Shown: piece by piece, positions 48,001-57,129 of the stretch
How positions within the stretch are numbered: position 1 is the stretch's first letter
Layout: every line of letters starts with the position of its first letter
Notes under the pieces: model-generated
What the model saw: only the letters and a program-made list of their open reading frames with translations
The model's database searches: none
What the model was told of the DNA's origin: nothing
DNA from: Alphaproteobacteria bacterium
Lineage (GTDB): Bacteria; Pseudomonadota; Alphaproteobacteria; Rs-D84
Length of the DNA: 64,000 bases
Direction of reading: 5' to 3'
Assembly: GCA_009784275.1 (NCBI GenBank)
Contig: WRCA01000002.1
Coordinates: 4,783-68,782 of the forward strand
Position numbers and translations under genes: made by a program

Positions 48001-48286
48001 CCGGATGCGCAGTAGTAAACCTATATACGCTTCCATTATAGACAACATGATCGCCAACAGCATATGCTGTGCCGGTAGAGAAATTAGGAACCCCAGTAAT
48101 TTTTTGACCTGACCCATCTGTCGCATATATTGCAATATTACCAACATTTGCTTGAGAGGTTCCAGATACGCTTGTTTTTCTCTCCACATAATTCATAGAT
48201 GTAATAATGTCAGTACCCGCCGAAAGTGCCGGCGTCGAAAACAACGCAATAATCAGCGCCGATATGCTGACTTTAGAGGCTTTCAT
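45011..48286 (-). CDS. giant secreted collagen-like / phage-tail-fibre-like protein (1091 aa)
   Basis: Signal peptide; about 117 Gly-X-Y triplets (GTAGTNGQQGNQG...); SYNDLLNKPDL tail-fibre motif; four copies of a roughly 70-aa domain ending Y(S/N/E)F(T/V/I)Y(D/N)G(T/A)(N/A)W; Cys-rich C-terminal tail. Confidence 0.8.
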   Translation of the reverse strand: MKASKVSISALIIALFSTPALSAGTDIITSMNYVERKTSVSGTSQANVGNIAIYATDGSGQKITGVPNFSTGTAYAVGDHVVYNGSVYRFTTAHPAGAWDMAHVSLVIGPPAPRAFNGDKTSGTLPSYSLITYPTFTADDLVHGTVVFATLHAMPPGSLWSGLMLNVNNTDSYNIFQNGSTVSPSNPLVPGSKYSFTYDATTKRWHAKKLDTTNVPAFSITSDYFIGDLVRYTDGRVYRFIADQPGITLWTPGNVELVNGSISVFTDTTTGPNALVNRATTDPYLNHVESGNVTSANQIKGTGAVTVTSASDGTVTIYGNGSYGPQGNQGDQGAAGTNGQQGNQGIAGTNGQQGNQGFQGHQGNQGTAGTNGQQGNQGNQGFQGHQGNQGTAGTNGQQGNQGNQGFQGHQGNQGTAGTNGQQGNQGSQGNQGTAGTNGQQGNQGTAGTNGQQGNQGHQGNQGHQGNQGTAGTNGQQGNQGNQGNQGTAGTNGQQGNQGNQGNQGTAGTNGQQGNQGTAGTNGQQGNQGNQGFQGHQGNQGTAGTNGQQGNQGHQGNQGTAGTNGQQGNQGTAGTNGQQGNQGNQGFQGHQGNQGTAGTNGQQGNQGHQGNQGTAGTNGQQGNQGNQGNQGTAGTNGQQGNQGTAGTNGQQGNQGAAGTNGQQGNQGNQGAIGPAGTLITNATGTQTPSAGELMSGNITLHQVSKTGSYNDLLNKPDLTRAFNGILTGGSATALTIATGSPSFLAPAFTANDQVSGAVVFATLHANSSAATTLSVGGQTPRPVFQNGAAISTTNLLIAGTTYSFTYDGTNWNAKIIGTADNVFTGTASGTNSYALTANGFTNFTADMLTKGSHLVATFINTNTGGSTININNITGAKTIQYMGSAPIAAGLLRAGQTYNFVYNGAAWELMPESDPIFNYLDGTTLGTAPTYTLATSKIIPSLATGRRVVAKIHSTATAAATLNVTASGVNLTARPIFVNDAAVSANNPLNAAVYEFIYDGTNWQAIGFVPPVATAETSAGNGGSNGLIPKVPFACDGNNVSCSLNYGQYCPNLPSTGLGIGYIPGTTPPSTANCAYTPSTAPKGFFWELITR
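46259..47314. repeat. near-perfect tandem DNA repeats (units of about 45-63 nt) encoding the Gly-X-Y collagen-like region
   Basis: Repeated units such as ggttaccttgattcccttgatggccctggaagccttgatttccctg are visible by eye; they generate long spurious antisense ORFs. Confidence 0.8.
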
Positions 48287-48436
48287 AGAGATTTTCTTTC
48301 CTACTTTTATTCCTATTTCCCGATTCTATCACAAATCTTCGAATCGTGTCTAGTGCAAAAAGAAGTCAAGCAGCAAAAACATGTATTTTTTAGGTGGGTG
48401 GACGTCCTTGCCAGTAACAGGTATGGGCACAAAAAA

Positions 48437-48468
48437 TAAATCCCGCATTTGCGGGATTTATTTTTTTT
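48437..48468. terminator. bidirectional terminator AAATCCCGC-ATTT-GCGGGATTTATTTTTTTT
   Basis: Between the promoter region of the giant gene and the 3' end of the RHH gene. Confidence 0.7.
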
Positions 48469-48685
48469 CTTCTTCTATGTTCGCAAGGGAAAATAAAACA
48501 GAGGATATTAAAGACTGATAGGGGACATGTTGCTTTTCAGCTAATTCTTTTATGCGGGTCAATATTTCTTCCGGAATTCGCATATTGATAACACAATTCG
48601 ATTTATTAAAGGCACGATAGGCAGCATACTCTTTTAACAGAGCTTCTATGTTCATCACAAAAATCTGCTGCATTACATTTGGCAT
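48458..48685 (-). CDS. BrnA-like ribbon-helix-helix antitoxin-family protein (75 aa), apparently orphan
   Basis: RIPEEILTRIKELAEKQHVPYQSLISSVL resembles the BrnA C-terminal region; no BrnT-like ORF adjacent. Confidence 0.45.
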   Translation of the reverse strand: MPNVMQQIFVMNIEALLKEYAAYRAFNKSNCVINMRIPEEILTRIKELAEKQHVPYQSLISSVLFSLANIEEEKK

Positions 48686-48886
48686 ATTTTGTCCTTACGT
48701 CCTGCAATACCGGCGCATATACTGGCAACTATACCATTGTATTTACACTTGTCAATACATTTGTGATGTCAGCTGTAATGGCGTGTGTAATGACCTACGT
48801 AAAGACAAGTGTATGCATAATAATGTTTGACAAACCGCGGGATAGGTGTAAGATTCTGGGAATAAAATTTATCAAGGGCTTGTAAA

Positions 48887-49621
48887 ATGTACTTTTTCCC
48901 AAAACGACATGCAAGGGCAGTTTTTCATGGTGAGCTGATCATGCCGTTTGGTCATATGACTCATGAACAATTAGTGGTATGTGTGGAAGAAGAACTGGCC
49001 GGAGAAGATCCTAATTACCAATTTGGGGATCTTTTTGAAGAAGCTTATGCCATTCAAGTTCTGCATGTTTTCAAGTATATTATTATGATTTCATTTGATA
49101 TTGCCGAAGACTATGAAATTTCCCTGAATAACTGGACGACAATAGCCGCTGAATTTTTGTGCGCGAAATATCTTGATTCCCTGGGGGGATATATGTTCCA
49201 GCGAACTTTTTCCGATGCTTTCAAGCTCGCGCTGGATAACTGGGAACGCATGTTGGAAGAATCCGAAGATTATGAAGAATTTGAATCTGATAAAATCCAA
49301 ATGGTTTCGCTAAAATCGGGAACTCGTAAACAATACAAAACATTAAATTGCAAAGATTGTCAGGTATTTGGGGCATGTAATCGCAAAAAGCCCAAGGATT
49401 GTGACTTTATCAATGCGGTTGAGAATAAGATCGGCGCTAAAAATATGATCAAGGCGCCGGAAGTCATCAATCGCCAAGATAATAAATTTTTAAAGAAAGA
49501 AGTAAATGTTTCGATGAACCCAAATGCGCTTAACAATGAAATGTTAAGAAAAGAGCTGGAAGGGGTTTGGAATTATTTTTATGCAAATAAAGTAGCAAGT
49601 AATAATCAGAATAAAAAATAG
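48887..49621 (+). CDS. hypothetical protein (244 aa, acidic)
   Basis: ORF track. Confidence 0.4.
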   Translation: MYFFPKRHARAVFHGELIMPFGHMTHEQLVVCVEEELAGEDPNYQFGDLFEEAYAIQVLHVFKYIIMISFDIAEDYEISLNNWTTIAAEFLCAKYLDSLGGYMFQRTFSDAFKLALDNWERMLEESEDYEEFESDKIQMVSLKSGTRKQYKTLNCKDCQVFGACNRKKPKDCDFINAVENKIGAKNMIKAPEVINRQDNKFLKKEVNVSMNPNALNNEMLRKELEGVWNYFYANKVASNNQNKK

Positions 49622-49642
49622 CCACTGATATGTGGCTTTTTT

Positions 49643-50170
49643 TTATGCCTTTTTTTCAAAGCCAAGAATTGTTGCGACATATTTAAGATATTCCAGTCCC
49701 CAGCGCGACAGCCTTTCAGAAGGAGGCATTTTCTGTAATCTGACGGGGCAGGGGATTACGGTCGCTTTTGGCATTTGCCGTTTTATCAGCAATAACGATC
49801 TGTTCATATGATCTTCGGTTGTGACGACTATGATTCGTTTTAGATTTTTTTCCCTTGCGATTTTTCGCACGGCCAATGCATTTTCGAAAGTGGATTTCGA
49901 ATCGATTTCTATATGAACCCGGCTTTTTACTTCTGTCGGGATCAGCGCGGCGTATTCATGGCCGCCAACGCCTATGATTTGCAATTTTCTATCCGCATGA
50001 TTTTCTAACAGGTTCATCGCATAAGGAATCCGTCTGATATCGCCGGTCAAGACAAACAAGGTATCATCCCCGCGCACTCTTGCGCAATTATTAGGCGTCG
50101 CTAACTTGAATGCGACTGCGCCGGCGGCAATAACAAGCAGGATCAGTAAAGATGGAGTAAGAAGTTTCAC
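49643..50170 (-). CDS. SanA/YdcF (DUF218) family membrane-anchored protein
   Basis: N-terminal TM; DUF218-like blocks (LTGDIRR...; SKSTFENA). Confidence 0.65.
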   Translation of the reverse strand: MKLLTPSLLILLVIAAGAVAFKLATPNNCARVRGDDTLFVLTGDIRRIPYAMNLLENHADRKLQIIGVGGHEYAALIPTEVKSRVHIEIDSKSTFENALAVRKIAREKNLKRIIVVTTEDHMNRSLLLIKRQMPKATVIPCPVRLQKMPPSERLSRWGLEYLKYVATILGFEKKA

Positions 50171-50292
50171 GATGCCATTTTAGAAAATAATCCCGCCGGA
50201 TTGAAAGATGTTTTTTACTGACCCGAATAAAATAAAGTTGCGGAAAAATATTTCTATTTGATTTTCTGGATTCGAGGAATAAAATCAGTCAG

Positions 50293-50970
50293 ATGATTAA
50301 AACCGCAAAAATTAAAAAGTTTTCAGCAAACGCGCTATGCGCGCTGATTCCATCGCGCAAGTGTCGACAAAAAGCTCGTGCTGCGATTTGCCAAAAGTCA
50401 ATTGAGGAAGCAAAGCCCATTAATTCTCGTCCAGGGTTTTTTCTGCAGCCACACAATGTGGGAAAATATTCTTACTATAATGCTGGCTTGACATGCTTGA
50501 GCCCTGATACAAAAATCGGAAAATATTGCTCCATAGCTGCCGATGTTGCATTGGGACCGAGCCAGCACAACAAGGAATTTCTAACAACTTCTCCGGTCGC
50601 CGTCAAGTCAGGATTCATGAATTTTCCCATGCCCAGTTTCAAAGGATTTAAAGGCAATGGGTATTCTCCTGCGCCGGTTATCGTTGGAAATGATGTCTGG
50701 ATAGGCCGGTGTGCCACGATAATGGACGGGATTAAAATCGGGGATGGCGCAATAATCGGCGCAAACGCCGTGGTAACGAAAGATGTGCCGCCCTATGCGA
50801 TTGTTGGCGGGGTTCCGGCAAGAATTATTAAATACAGGTTTGATAAGAAAACGATTCGTGAATTGCTGGAATTAAAATGGTGGGATTTAGAAGATTCAGT
50901 CGTTGCGACTTTGCCATTGAATGATGTTAAGCAGGCGATAGCTATGCTGAAAGAAATTCGCGGCTGCTAG
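50293..50970 (+). CDS. hexapeptide-repeat acetyltransferase (xenobiotic/CatB-Vat-like)
   Basis: Left-handed beta-helix hexapeptide repeats (IGDGAIIGANAVVTKDVPPYAIVGGVPARIIKYRF). Confidence 0.75.
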   Translation: MIKTAKIKKFSANALCALIPSRKCRQKARAAICQKSIEEAKPINSRPGFFLQPHNVGKYSYYNAGLTCLSPDTKIGKYCSIAADVALGPSQHNKEFLTTSPVAVKSGFMNFPMPSFKGFKGNGYSPAPVIVGNDVWIGRCATIMDGIKIGDGAIIGANAVVTKDVPPYAIVGGVPARIIKYRFDKKTIRELLELKWWDLEDSVVATLPLNDVKQAIAMLKEIRGC

Positions 50971-51815
50971 CTTCCCAGAATTTTCATCGTAGTGCGGTGC
51001 GCCAAGAATGCCGTCAGAACAACCATACCGATCGCCAGCACAACAATCGCAACCCAACCGCCGATCGGGATTCCCATCTGGGCCATCAATCCGATTCGTG
51101 TTCCTTGTGCCATCGCCATAATCAGGATCAGCATAGGTGTCGCCAATAACAGCCCGATACATGATGCAATTGCGCCGATTTTTAATAAGCGGCTGCGTAC
51201 TTCCCGCGCAACAAACGAATCGTTCGCACCGACCTGGGTCAGTATTTCCAATTCGCGCTTGTGCAGCATCGTTATATTTCTGGTGATATATAAAATGCAT
51301 AATGCTATTGCGCCCAAGACCATCAGCATTACCAATGCCGAAATGGTCATAATTTGCCAACCAGCCTTGGTGATATTTTTTGCGCCTGCTGCGTGTGTTA
51401 TAAACCTGACATTTGAAATTCCGCGCACTTGTTCCCCGAAAGTACTGGCGCTTGATTTTTTGTTAAATTCAACCTCTATCACTTTTGGCAAATATGCGGA
51501 CAAGGCATCGTTGCTGCCCAGCCATGGACGCAGCATTTTTTCTACTTCCGAATCAGGCAAGACTTGCGCGGATTTTATAGCGCGCTTGTTATCATCAATC
51601 AGTTTCGTTACCGCCGCCGAATCACCATTGGGCAGAATCTGAATCGTTGCAAAAGTATCCCAACGCGAATTCCATTTACCCACGCCGTTGCCAATTCCGA
51701 TTGTAATGCCCAGCGCCAAAATTGCCAAGAACGATAGCAGCGCCAACAAACCCGCCAAAAAAAGCATCTGGTCGCGGACGAAAGAAAACACCAAAGGACT
51801 TTTGCGCATAATCAC
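50967..51815 (-). CDS. ftsX: cell-division ABC transporter permease FtsX
   Basis: Four TM topology with a large periplasmic loop; downstream of ftsE. Confidence 0.8.
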   Translation of the reverse strand: MIMRKSPLVFSFVRDQMLFLAGLLALLSFLAILALGITIGIGNGVGKWNSRWDTFATIQILPNGDSAAVTKLIDDNKRAIKSAQVLPDSEVEKMLRPWLGSNDALSAYLPKVIEVEFNKKSSASTFGEQVRGISNVRFITHAAGAKNITKAGWQIMTISALVMLMVLGAIALCILYITRNITMLHKRELEILTQVGANDSFVAREVRSRLLKIGAIASCIGLLLATPMLILIMAMAQGTRIGLMAQMGIPIGGWVAIVVLAIGMVVLTAFLAHRTTMKILGS

Positions 51816-52633
51816 TTTTCATCCCCCGCGATTTTCGAGAATTGATTTTCCAAATCCAGCGAGAGCTTTGAAAAATAATTTTCTGGTTTTTTGCGCCCGG
51901 GATCGGCCGCGTTTGTCTTCAGTGTGCGTGCGCGTACAGGTTCTTCCCCGGTTGGATTATTTTGAAACATTACGTGCTTGTCTGCGACCAAGATTTTTGG
52001 GAACTTATAAGTCTCTATCAGCTTTGTGCTGTGTGTCGCCAGTATTATTGTTGTCCCAAAGTTTTTATTCATCTGCAAAAATAATTCCATCAGGCGCGCT
52101 GCCGAATCGTCGTCCAGGTTTCCAGTCGGTTCGTCCGCCAGCAAGATTTCAGGCTGAGTAATAATTGCGCGTGCAACCGAGACTCTTTGCTGTTGACCAC
52201 CGGAAAGGTTTAATGGTTTTTGATTTGCGTATTGCGCCAGCCCGACCCATTCCAGAGTTTTCGCCACCAGCTTTTTCACATATTTTTCATCCGCGCCGCG
52301 AACACGTAAGGGCAGGGCGATATTATCAAAAACTGACAAGTGTGATATCAGAGAGTATTCTTGAAATACGATCGCCATCTTGCGACGAAGGGCGGTGATA
52401 TCATCGCGTGACATACCGGCAGTAGTTTTCCCGAACAGTTTAATTTGTCCGCGCGATTGAGGATGCAGATGATAAATCAAACGCAATAGGGTCGTTTTTC
52501 CCGCGCCGCTGGCGCCAGTTAAAAAGTAAAACGCACCACCGCTGATATTGAAAGATACATCAGAAAGGACTTCGCGTCCGCCTTCATAGCGTGCGGCTAC
52601 ATTAGCAAAAGAAATGATTGTCCCCGTTTCCAT
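51812..52633 (-). CDS. ftsE: cell-division ABC transporter ATPase FtsE (with about 45-aa C-terminal extension)
   Basis: Walker A GASGAGKTT, LSGGQQQRV, Walker B LLADEP. Confidence 0.88.
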   Translation of the reverse strand: METGTIISFANVAARYEGGREVLSDVSFNISGGAFYFLTGASGAGKTTLLRLIYHLHPQSRGQIKLFGKTTAGMSRDDITALRRKMAIVFQEYSLISHLSVFDNIALPLRVRGADEKYVKKLVAKTLEWVGLAQYANQKPLNLSGGQQQRVSVARAIITQPEILLADEPTGNLDDDSAARLMELFLQMNKNFGTTIILATHSTKLIETYKFPKILVADKHVMFQNNPTGEEPVRARTLKTNAADPGRKKPENYFSKLSLDLENQFSKIAGDEK

Positions 52634-52674
52634 GTCTAGATTATAGAAAGTCGCCGGTCGTTAGTCAATAGTCG

Positions 52675-52884
52675 TTAGTCTTTTATTTCCACGAACCGCG
52701 GGCAGTTTATCCCAGGACGGACGATTTGGTCGGACCAATTTTTAGTCGGGCGAACCCAAATGCTGCCGTCTGATAATTCTTTATAAACAACCAGGTCTTC
52801 CAAGGTTTCGCAGTCTTTGGCAATATAAAGAACCTGGACTTCGATACCTTTGAAATGTCGATATTTCGCGCCGATTTTTACCAT
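52675..52884 (-). CDS. DUF1653-like small protein (69 aa)
   Basis: YRHFKGIEVQV... pattern. Confidence 0.5.
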   Translation of the reverse strand: MVKIGAKYRHFKGIEVQVLYIAKDCETLEDLVVYKELSDGSIWVRPTKNWSDQIVRPGINCPRFVEIKD

Positions 52885-53321
52885 TTTATGGAACCTTTCT
52901 TTACACTGAATTCTTTATAGAACTTATAATCCTCCGGAGTGAATTCCAATATGGAAAAGTCTCCGCCGTCTTTGCCATCCGGATAATACATTTTCCAAGA
53001 ATCGTCCCAAAGCGCATCTTTGGTCGCATCATCTATAATTTCTTTGACATGACCGGTTAACAGCAATCCATTAAAGCTGTCGTCATAGCAATAAATTGAT
53101 GCGGCGGGATTCTTACGAATTTGCCCGATTTTGTCAGAGCTAGTATTAGTAATAAATAACAGCCGGTCGTCTTTTTTGAAAAGGGGGACCAAGTGTGGCG
53201 CGATGTTTCCATTACGGATATTAATCAGTGCGCGCATTACTGGTGTGCCTGTATTATCAATGGTGCTTAACATTACAATCGTTCGCGCGTCTATGAATTT
53301 AATTATTTCTTGTTTAGTCAT
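52878..53321 (-). CDS. pyridoxamine-5-phosphate-oxidase-like FMN-binding split-barrel protein
   Basis: 147 aa general-stress-protein-26-like pattern. Confidence 0.6.
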   Translation of the reverse strand: MTKQEIIKFIDARTIVMLSTIDNTGTPVMRALINIRNGNIAPHLVPLFKKDDRLLFITNTSSDKIGQIRKNPAASIYCYDDSFNGLLLTGHVKEIIDDATKDALWDDSWKMYYPDGKDGGDFSILEFTPEDYKFYKEFSVKKGSIKW

Positions 53322-53655
53322 CTTCTAACTCCTTTTCGATTCCCGCCAGTAATGCATCTATGCGTTCTGATTTTTCCAAAGTATCGTCGTATACGAATCG
53401 TAAGTCTGGGACATATTTTTGATCCATGCGCTGCGCCAGCTCGAACCGAATCGTATTTTTTTCCGCATCCAAGCGTTTCTGCATATCACGCGCGCCTTGC
53501 CAGTAGAGGCGTACAAACTGCAGTCCGCCATGAGATTCCGCGCCGACCAAGGTTACAGGGATTTCGCGCTCCCGCAGAATTTCCGCAACCAAGGCCTGAA
53601 CTTTGGCCTCTATGCGATCCGCACGCGCAAAAGATTTATTGTTTTGTTTTTTCAT
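53314..53655 (-). CDS. rbfA: ribosome-binding factor A
   Basis: 113 aa; RIEAKVQALVAEIL...VPDLRFVYDDTLEKSERIDALL matches RbfA conserved blocks. Confidence 0.7.
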   Translation of the reverse strand: MKKQNNKSFARADRIEAKVQALVAEILREREIPVTLVGAESHGGLQFVRLYWQGARDMQKRLDAEKNTIRFELAQRMDQKYVPDLRFVYDDTLEKSERIDALLAGIEKELEDD

Positions 53656-54239
53656 TTGTTTTTGTATTTTATTGCAGATTTGGTGCGTCTGCGTTTGCCA
53701 TTTACTTCATCAAGTATTTGTTCCGGAGTTTTTCGTCCGCTCCAACGCTTTTTCCTTGTCGGAAAATTGCTGGCAAGTTTTACATTATCACCTATGGCTT
53801 CTTTGACCGAATGTTCTTCAATATTACTTATTTCATAATCTTCAGTTCTTAAATAATGAAGGGCCTCTGACGGAGCACTCGTCCATTCGTGGGCAGCTTC
53901 CCCAATAAAGTAGAGGTTTATTGTTTTCTTATTGCAAAATTTTATTATCGTTTTGACGGTTTTAGGCGACAGTATCTGAAAATTTTTGATTATTATGTCA
54001 CCGGAGAATTTCGGCCCCAGAGTTTTTTCCAAATATTCATCTGAAATATCGGCATTGGCATAATTAACTGTATAATCACATGCGTTTTTTATAGACGCTG
54101 TTCCAGGGTATATGACTATCGGATTTGATCTGCCCAGTTTGTTTTCTTTATATTCTTGATCCAAGGTTTCGAGAAGGTTTTTAATATAATGCTCGATGGC
54201 TTTGAGGTTATTGCTAATCTTTACAATTATATTTGCCAT
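53652..54239 (-). CDS. hypothetical protein (195 aa) with basic C-terminal tail
   Basis: ORF track; overlaps the rbfA start. Confidence 0.4.
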   Translation of the reverse strand: MANIIVKISNNLKAIEHYIKNLLETLDQEYKENKLGRSNPIVIYPGTASIKNACDYTVNYANADISDEYLEKTLGPKFSGDIIIKNFQILSPKTVKTIIKFCNKKTINLYFIGEAAHEWTSAPSEALHYLRTEDYEISNIEEHSVKEAIGDNVKLASNFPTRKKRWSGRKTPEQILDEVNGKRRRTKSAIKYKNK

Positions 54240-54296
54240 AATAGGAATCCTTTTTGCGCTTTACTCTCCCATATAGATTATTATATACTGGCGTTC

Positions 54297-54869
54297 ATGA
54301 AACTTCAAGACTATCTTCTAAAGAAATCTTCCCATCCGGCAATTGTTTGGATAGTGGGTATTTTGACCATGTTCGAGAGTATTTTCCTATTTGTTCCACC
54401 CGAAGTCTTTATGACGCCGCCAATAGTCGCGGATAAAAAGCGCGCAGTACCGGTAGTCATTGCCGCAAGTATCGGCTCCCTCATCGGTGGCGCAATTTCT
54501 TATTTAATTGGAATGTGGGTTTTCAGTACCGTAGGTCTTTGGATTATAAATACATTCACAGGACCAGAACAATTTGCCATCGCCCAAGCAATGTTTGCGA
54601 AATATGGGATGCTTATAATATTCTTGTCAGCGTTTTCACCGGTGCCATATAAGTTGCTTGCGATGTGTGCCGGATTTTTGGGTTTTCCTGCTTTGCTGTT
54701 CTTGGGATTGTCAGGAATTTTCCGCACGGCCAGGTTTGCGATTGTCGGATTCTTGCTGTGGCGGTTTCAAGCACAAGCAAATGCAATCGTAAGAAAATAT
54801 TTCTGGCCTTTGACCATATTGGCGATACTGGTCGCAATATCAGGTATATTCTTATTGTTTTTATTTTGA
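54297..54869 (+). CDS. YqaA/DedA-like small membrane protein
   Basis: Four TM; PPEVFM motif region. Confidence 0.55.
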   Translation: MKLQDYLLKKSSHPAIVWIVGILTMFESIFLFVPPEVFMTPPIVADKKRAVPVVIAASIGSLIGGAISYLIGMWVFSTVGLWIINTFTGPEQFAIAQAMFAKYGMLIIFLSAFSPVPYKLLAMCAGFLGFPALLFLGLSGIFRTARFAIVGFLLWRFQAQANAIVRKYFWPLTILAILVAISGIFLLFLF

Positions 54870-54933
54870 TTTTTATGATTTTTATCACTTGAATCATTCC
54901 AAATACTAGTATACTATTGCCGCGAAAAAGGAA

Positions 54934-55158
54934 GTGGCCATGAGTCAATGCACAGGCGATTGTGAAAATTGTAAAAATGTTCCCGGGTCCACCAGTCCGG
55001 TGCAAGTCTACAATATTAAGTCCGGACTGAAAGACGTAGCAACTGTATTAGCTATTTTAGCTTTATATGTCGGATTTGTCGCAGCTTGGACTAACTGGGA
55101 TAAGCGTAAAGAAGAAAACAAGAATATAAACAAAATAGAAAACGTAAAACAACAATGA
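54934..55158 (+). CDS. small Cys-containing membrane protein (74 aa)
   Basis: ORF track; CxxxCxxC N-terminus plus one TM. Confidence 0.35.
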   Translation: MAMSQCTGDCENCKNVPGSTSPVQVYNIKSGLKDVATVLAILALYVGFVAAWTNWDKRKEENKNINKIENVKQQ

Positions 55159-55190
55159 ATCAAAAAAATGACAAAAAGAGGTGAATAGAA

Positions 55191-55352
55191 ATGAAAAAGA
55201 ATAAAATTGAAATTAATTTATCTAACGAGTTATTAAAAAAACTACTTATGGTAATAGGGACACTTGCGTTTGCCCTCGGGTGTATCAGTTGTAATAAAGA
55301 CAATGTACAAAAGCAGATAAAAGAAAAAATATGCAATGAAAGACAACATTAG
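55191..55352 (+). CDS. putative mini-lipoprotein (53 aa, FALGC lipobox) overlapping the lepA start
   Basis: Hand-translated: [53 protein letters not shown]; AGAGGTG RBS. Below the ORF-track length cut-off. Confidence 0.3.
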   Translation: MKKNKIEINLSNELLKKLLMVIGTLAFALGCISCNKDNVQKQIKEKICNERQH

Positions 55353-57129
55353 AAATTTTGCAATTATTGCTCATATCGATCATGGAAAGTCGACTTTGTC
55401 TGACCGGATTATCGAATACTGTGGTGGGTTGGAATCGCGCGAGATGAAGGCACAAGTCTTGGACAGCATGGATATCGAACGCGAACGCGGAATTACAATC
55501 AAAGCGCAAACCGTTCGCCTTAACTACAAAGCGAAAGATGGTCATACATATCAATTGAATTTGATGGATACGCCCGGGCATGTGGACTTTACTTATGAAG
55601 TATCGCGGTCGTTGGCGGCATGCGAAGGCGCGCTGTTACTGGTGGATGCTACGCAGGGCGTTCAAGCGCAGACTTTGGCAAATGCCTATCTGGCGATTGA
55701 TAATGATTTAGAAATTCTTCCCGTGCTGAACAAGATTGATTTGCCTTCCAGCGATGTTTGTTCCACACGTGATCAGATTGCGGATGTTATTGGGCTGGAT
55801 GCGTGCGACGCGCTGTGTGTTTCTGGAAAAACGGGTGAGGGCGTATCAGAGTTACTGGAAACAATAGTGCAGAAATTACCAGCGCCGCATGGAAATGTGA
55901 ATGCGCCGACACGGGCGCTGTTGGTGGATTCTTGGTATGATTCTTATTTGGGCGTTGTGGTCTTGGTGCGCGTGGTCGATGGCGCGTTAAAGCGTGGGCA
56001 AAAAATTAAATTCATTGCAACCGGTGCGGAATATAATATTGATAAAATCGGATACTTTACGCCGAAAATGGTGAATGTCGATACTCTGCACGCGGGCGAA
56101 GTCGGATTTATTATCACAGGCATGAAGACGATTCATGATTGTAAAGTCGGTGACACCATAACAGATTCAAGGGCGGAAAATATTCCTCCATTACCGGGAT
56201 TCAAGCCATCCATTCCTGTTGTGTTTTCTTCATTCTTTCCGGTAGAAGCGGATGATTATCCGACGTTGCGTGACAGCGCGGAAAAATTAGCGCTGAATGA
56301 TGCCAGCTTTGTATTCACTGTGGAAAAGTCATCTGCGCTGGGATTCGGATTACGCTGCGGGTTCCTTGGTCTGCTGCATATGGAGATTATTTCGGAGCGT
56401 TTAAGCCGAGAGTTTAATCTTAATCTTATTAATACGATTCCATCGGTGTTGTATAAATTGCACTTGCGTGGCGGAGAAATTATCGACTTGGAGAATCCCG
56501 CCGACATGCCTGATCCGGGGCGGATCGATTTTATCCAAGAACCTTGGGTGCGCGCGACAATCATGCTGCCAGAACAATACATTGGCGGCATTATGGCGCT
56601 GTGTTCGGAACGCCGAGGGATTCAGGAAAATATGAGCTATGTTGGGCGGCGCGCGGTTTTGACTTATCGTCTGCCACTGGCAGAAATAGTATTTGATTTT
56701 TATGATCGCGTGAAGTCATTAACATCCGGATATGCAAGTTTTGATTATGTGCTGGATGGATATGAAACCAGCGACCTTGTAAAAGTTTCTGTTTTGGTGA
56801 ATGAGGAAGTTGTAGAGCCTTTGTCATTCTTGTGCCATCGCAGTTTTGCGGAAAAGCGCGGCCGTCAGATTGTAGAAAAATTGAAGGATTTAATTCCTCG
56901 GCATCAATTCAAGATTCCTCTGCAGGCGGCGATCGGCGGAAAGATAATTGCGCGCGAAACCATCGCGGCATATCGTAAAGACGTAACAGCAAAATGCTAT
57001 GGCGGGGATATTTCCCGCAAACGTAAATTGTTGGAAAAACAAAAAGAAGGCAAAAAGCGCTTGCGTTCATTCGGCAATGTCGAAATCCCGCAAACCGCGT
57101 TTATAAATGCTTTGAAGGTTGGAGATTAA
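55336..57129 (+). CDS. lepA: elongation factor 4 (LepA)
   Basis: 597 aa; N-terminal [18 protein letters not shown]-domain and LepA C-terminal domain. Confidence 0.95.
   Translation: MKDNIRNFAIIAHIDHGKSTLSDRIIEYCGGLESREMKAQVLDSMDIERERGITIKAQTVRLNYKAKDGHTYQLNLMDTPGHVDFTYEVSRSLAACEGALLLVDATQGVQAQTLANAYLAIDNDLEILPVLNKIDLPSSDVCSTRDQIADVIGLDACDALCVSGKTGEGVSELLETIVQKLPAPHGNVNAPTRALLVDSWYDSYLGVVVLVRVVDGALKRGQKIKFIATGAEYNIDKIGYFTPKMVNVDTLHAGEVGFIITGMKTIHDCKVGDTITDSRAENIPPLPGFKPSIPVVFSSFFPVEADDYPTLRDSAEKLALNDASFVFTVEKSSALGFGLRCGFLGLLHMEIISERLSREFNLNLINTIPSVLYKLHLRGGEIIDLENPADMPDPGRIDFIQEPWVRATIMLPEQYIGGIMALCSERRGIQENMSYVGRRAVLTYRLPLAEIVFDFYDRVKSLTSGYASFDYVLDGYETSDLVKVSVLVNEEVVEPLSFLCHRSFAEKRGRQIVEKLKDLIPRHQFKIPLQAAIGGKIIARETIAAYRKDVTAKCYGGDISRKRKLLEKQKEGKKRLRSFGNVEIPQTAFINALKVGD

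Noticed and set aside
45011-48286. Prophage interpretation of the tail-fibre-like genes
   Set aside because: There are no capsid, portal, terminase, tape-measure or baseplate genes in 64 kb. Both tail-fibre-like proteins carry Sec signal peptides and have their own promoters and terminators.
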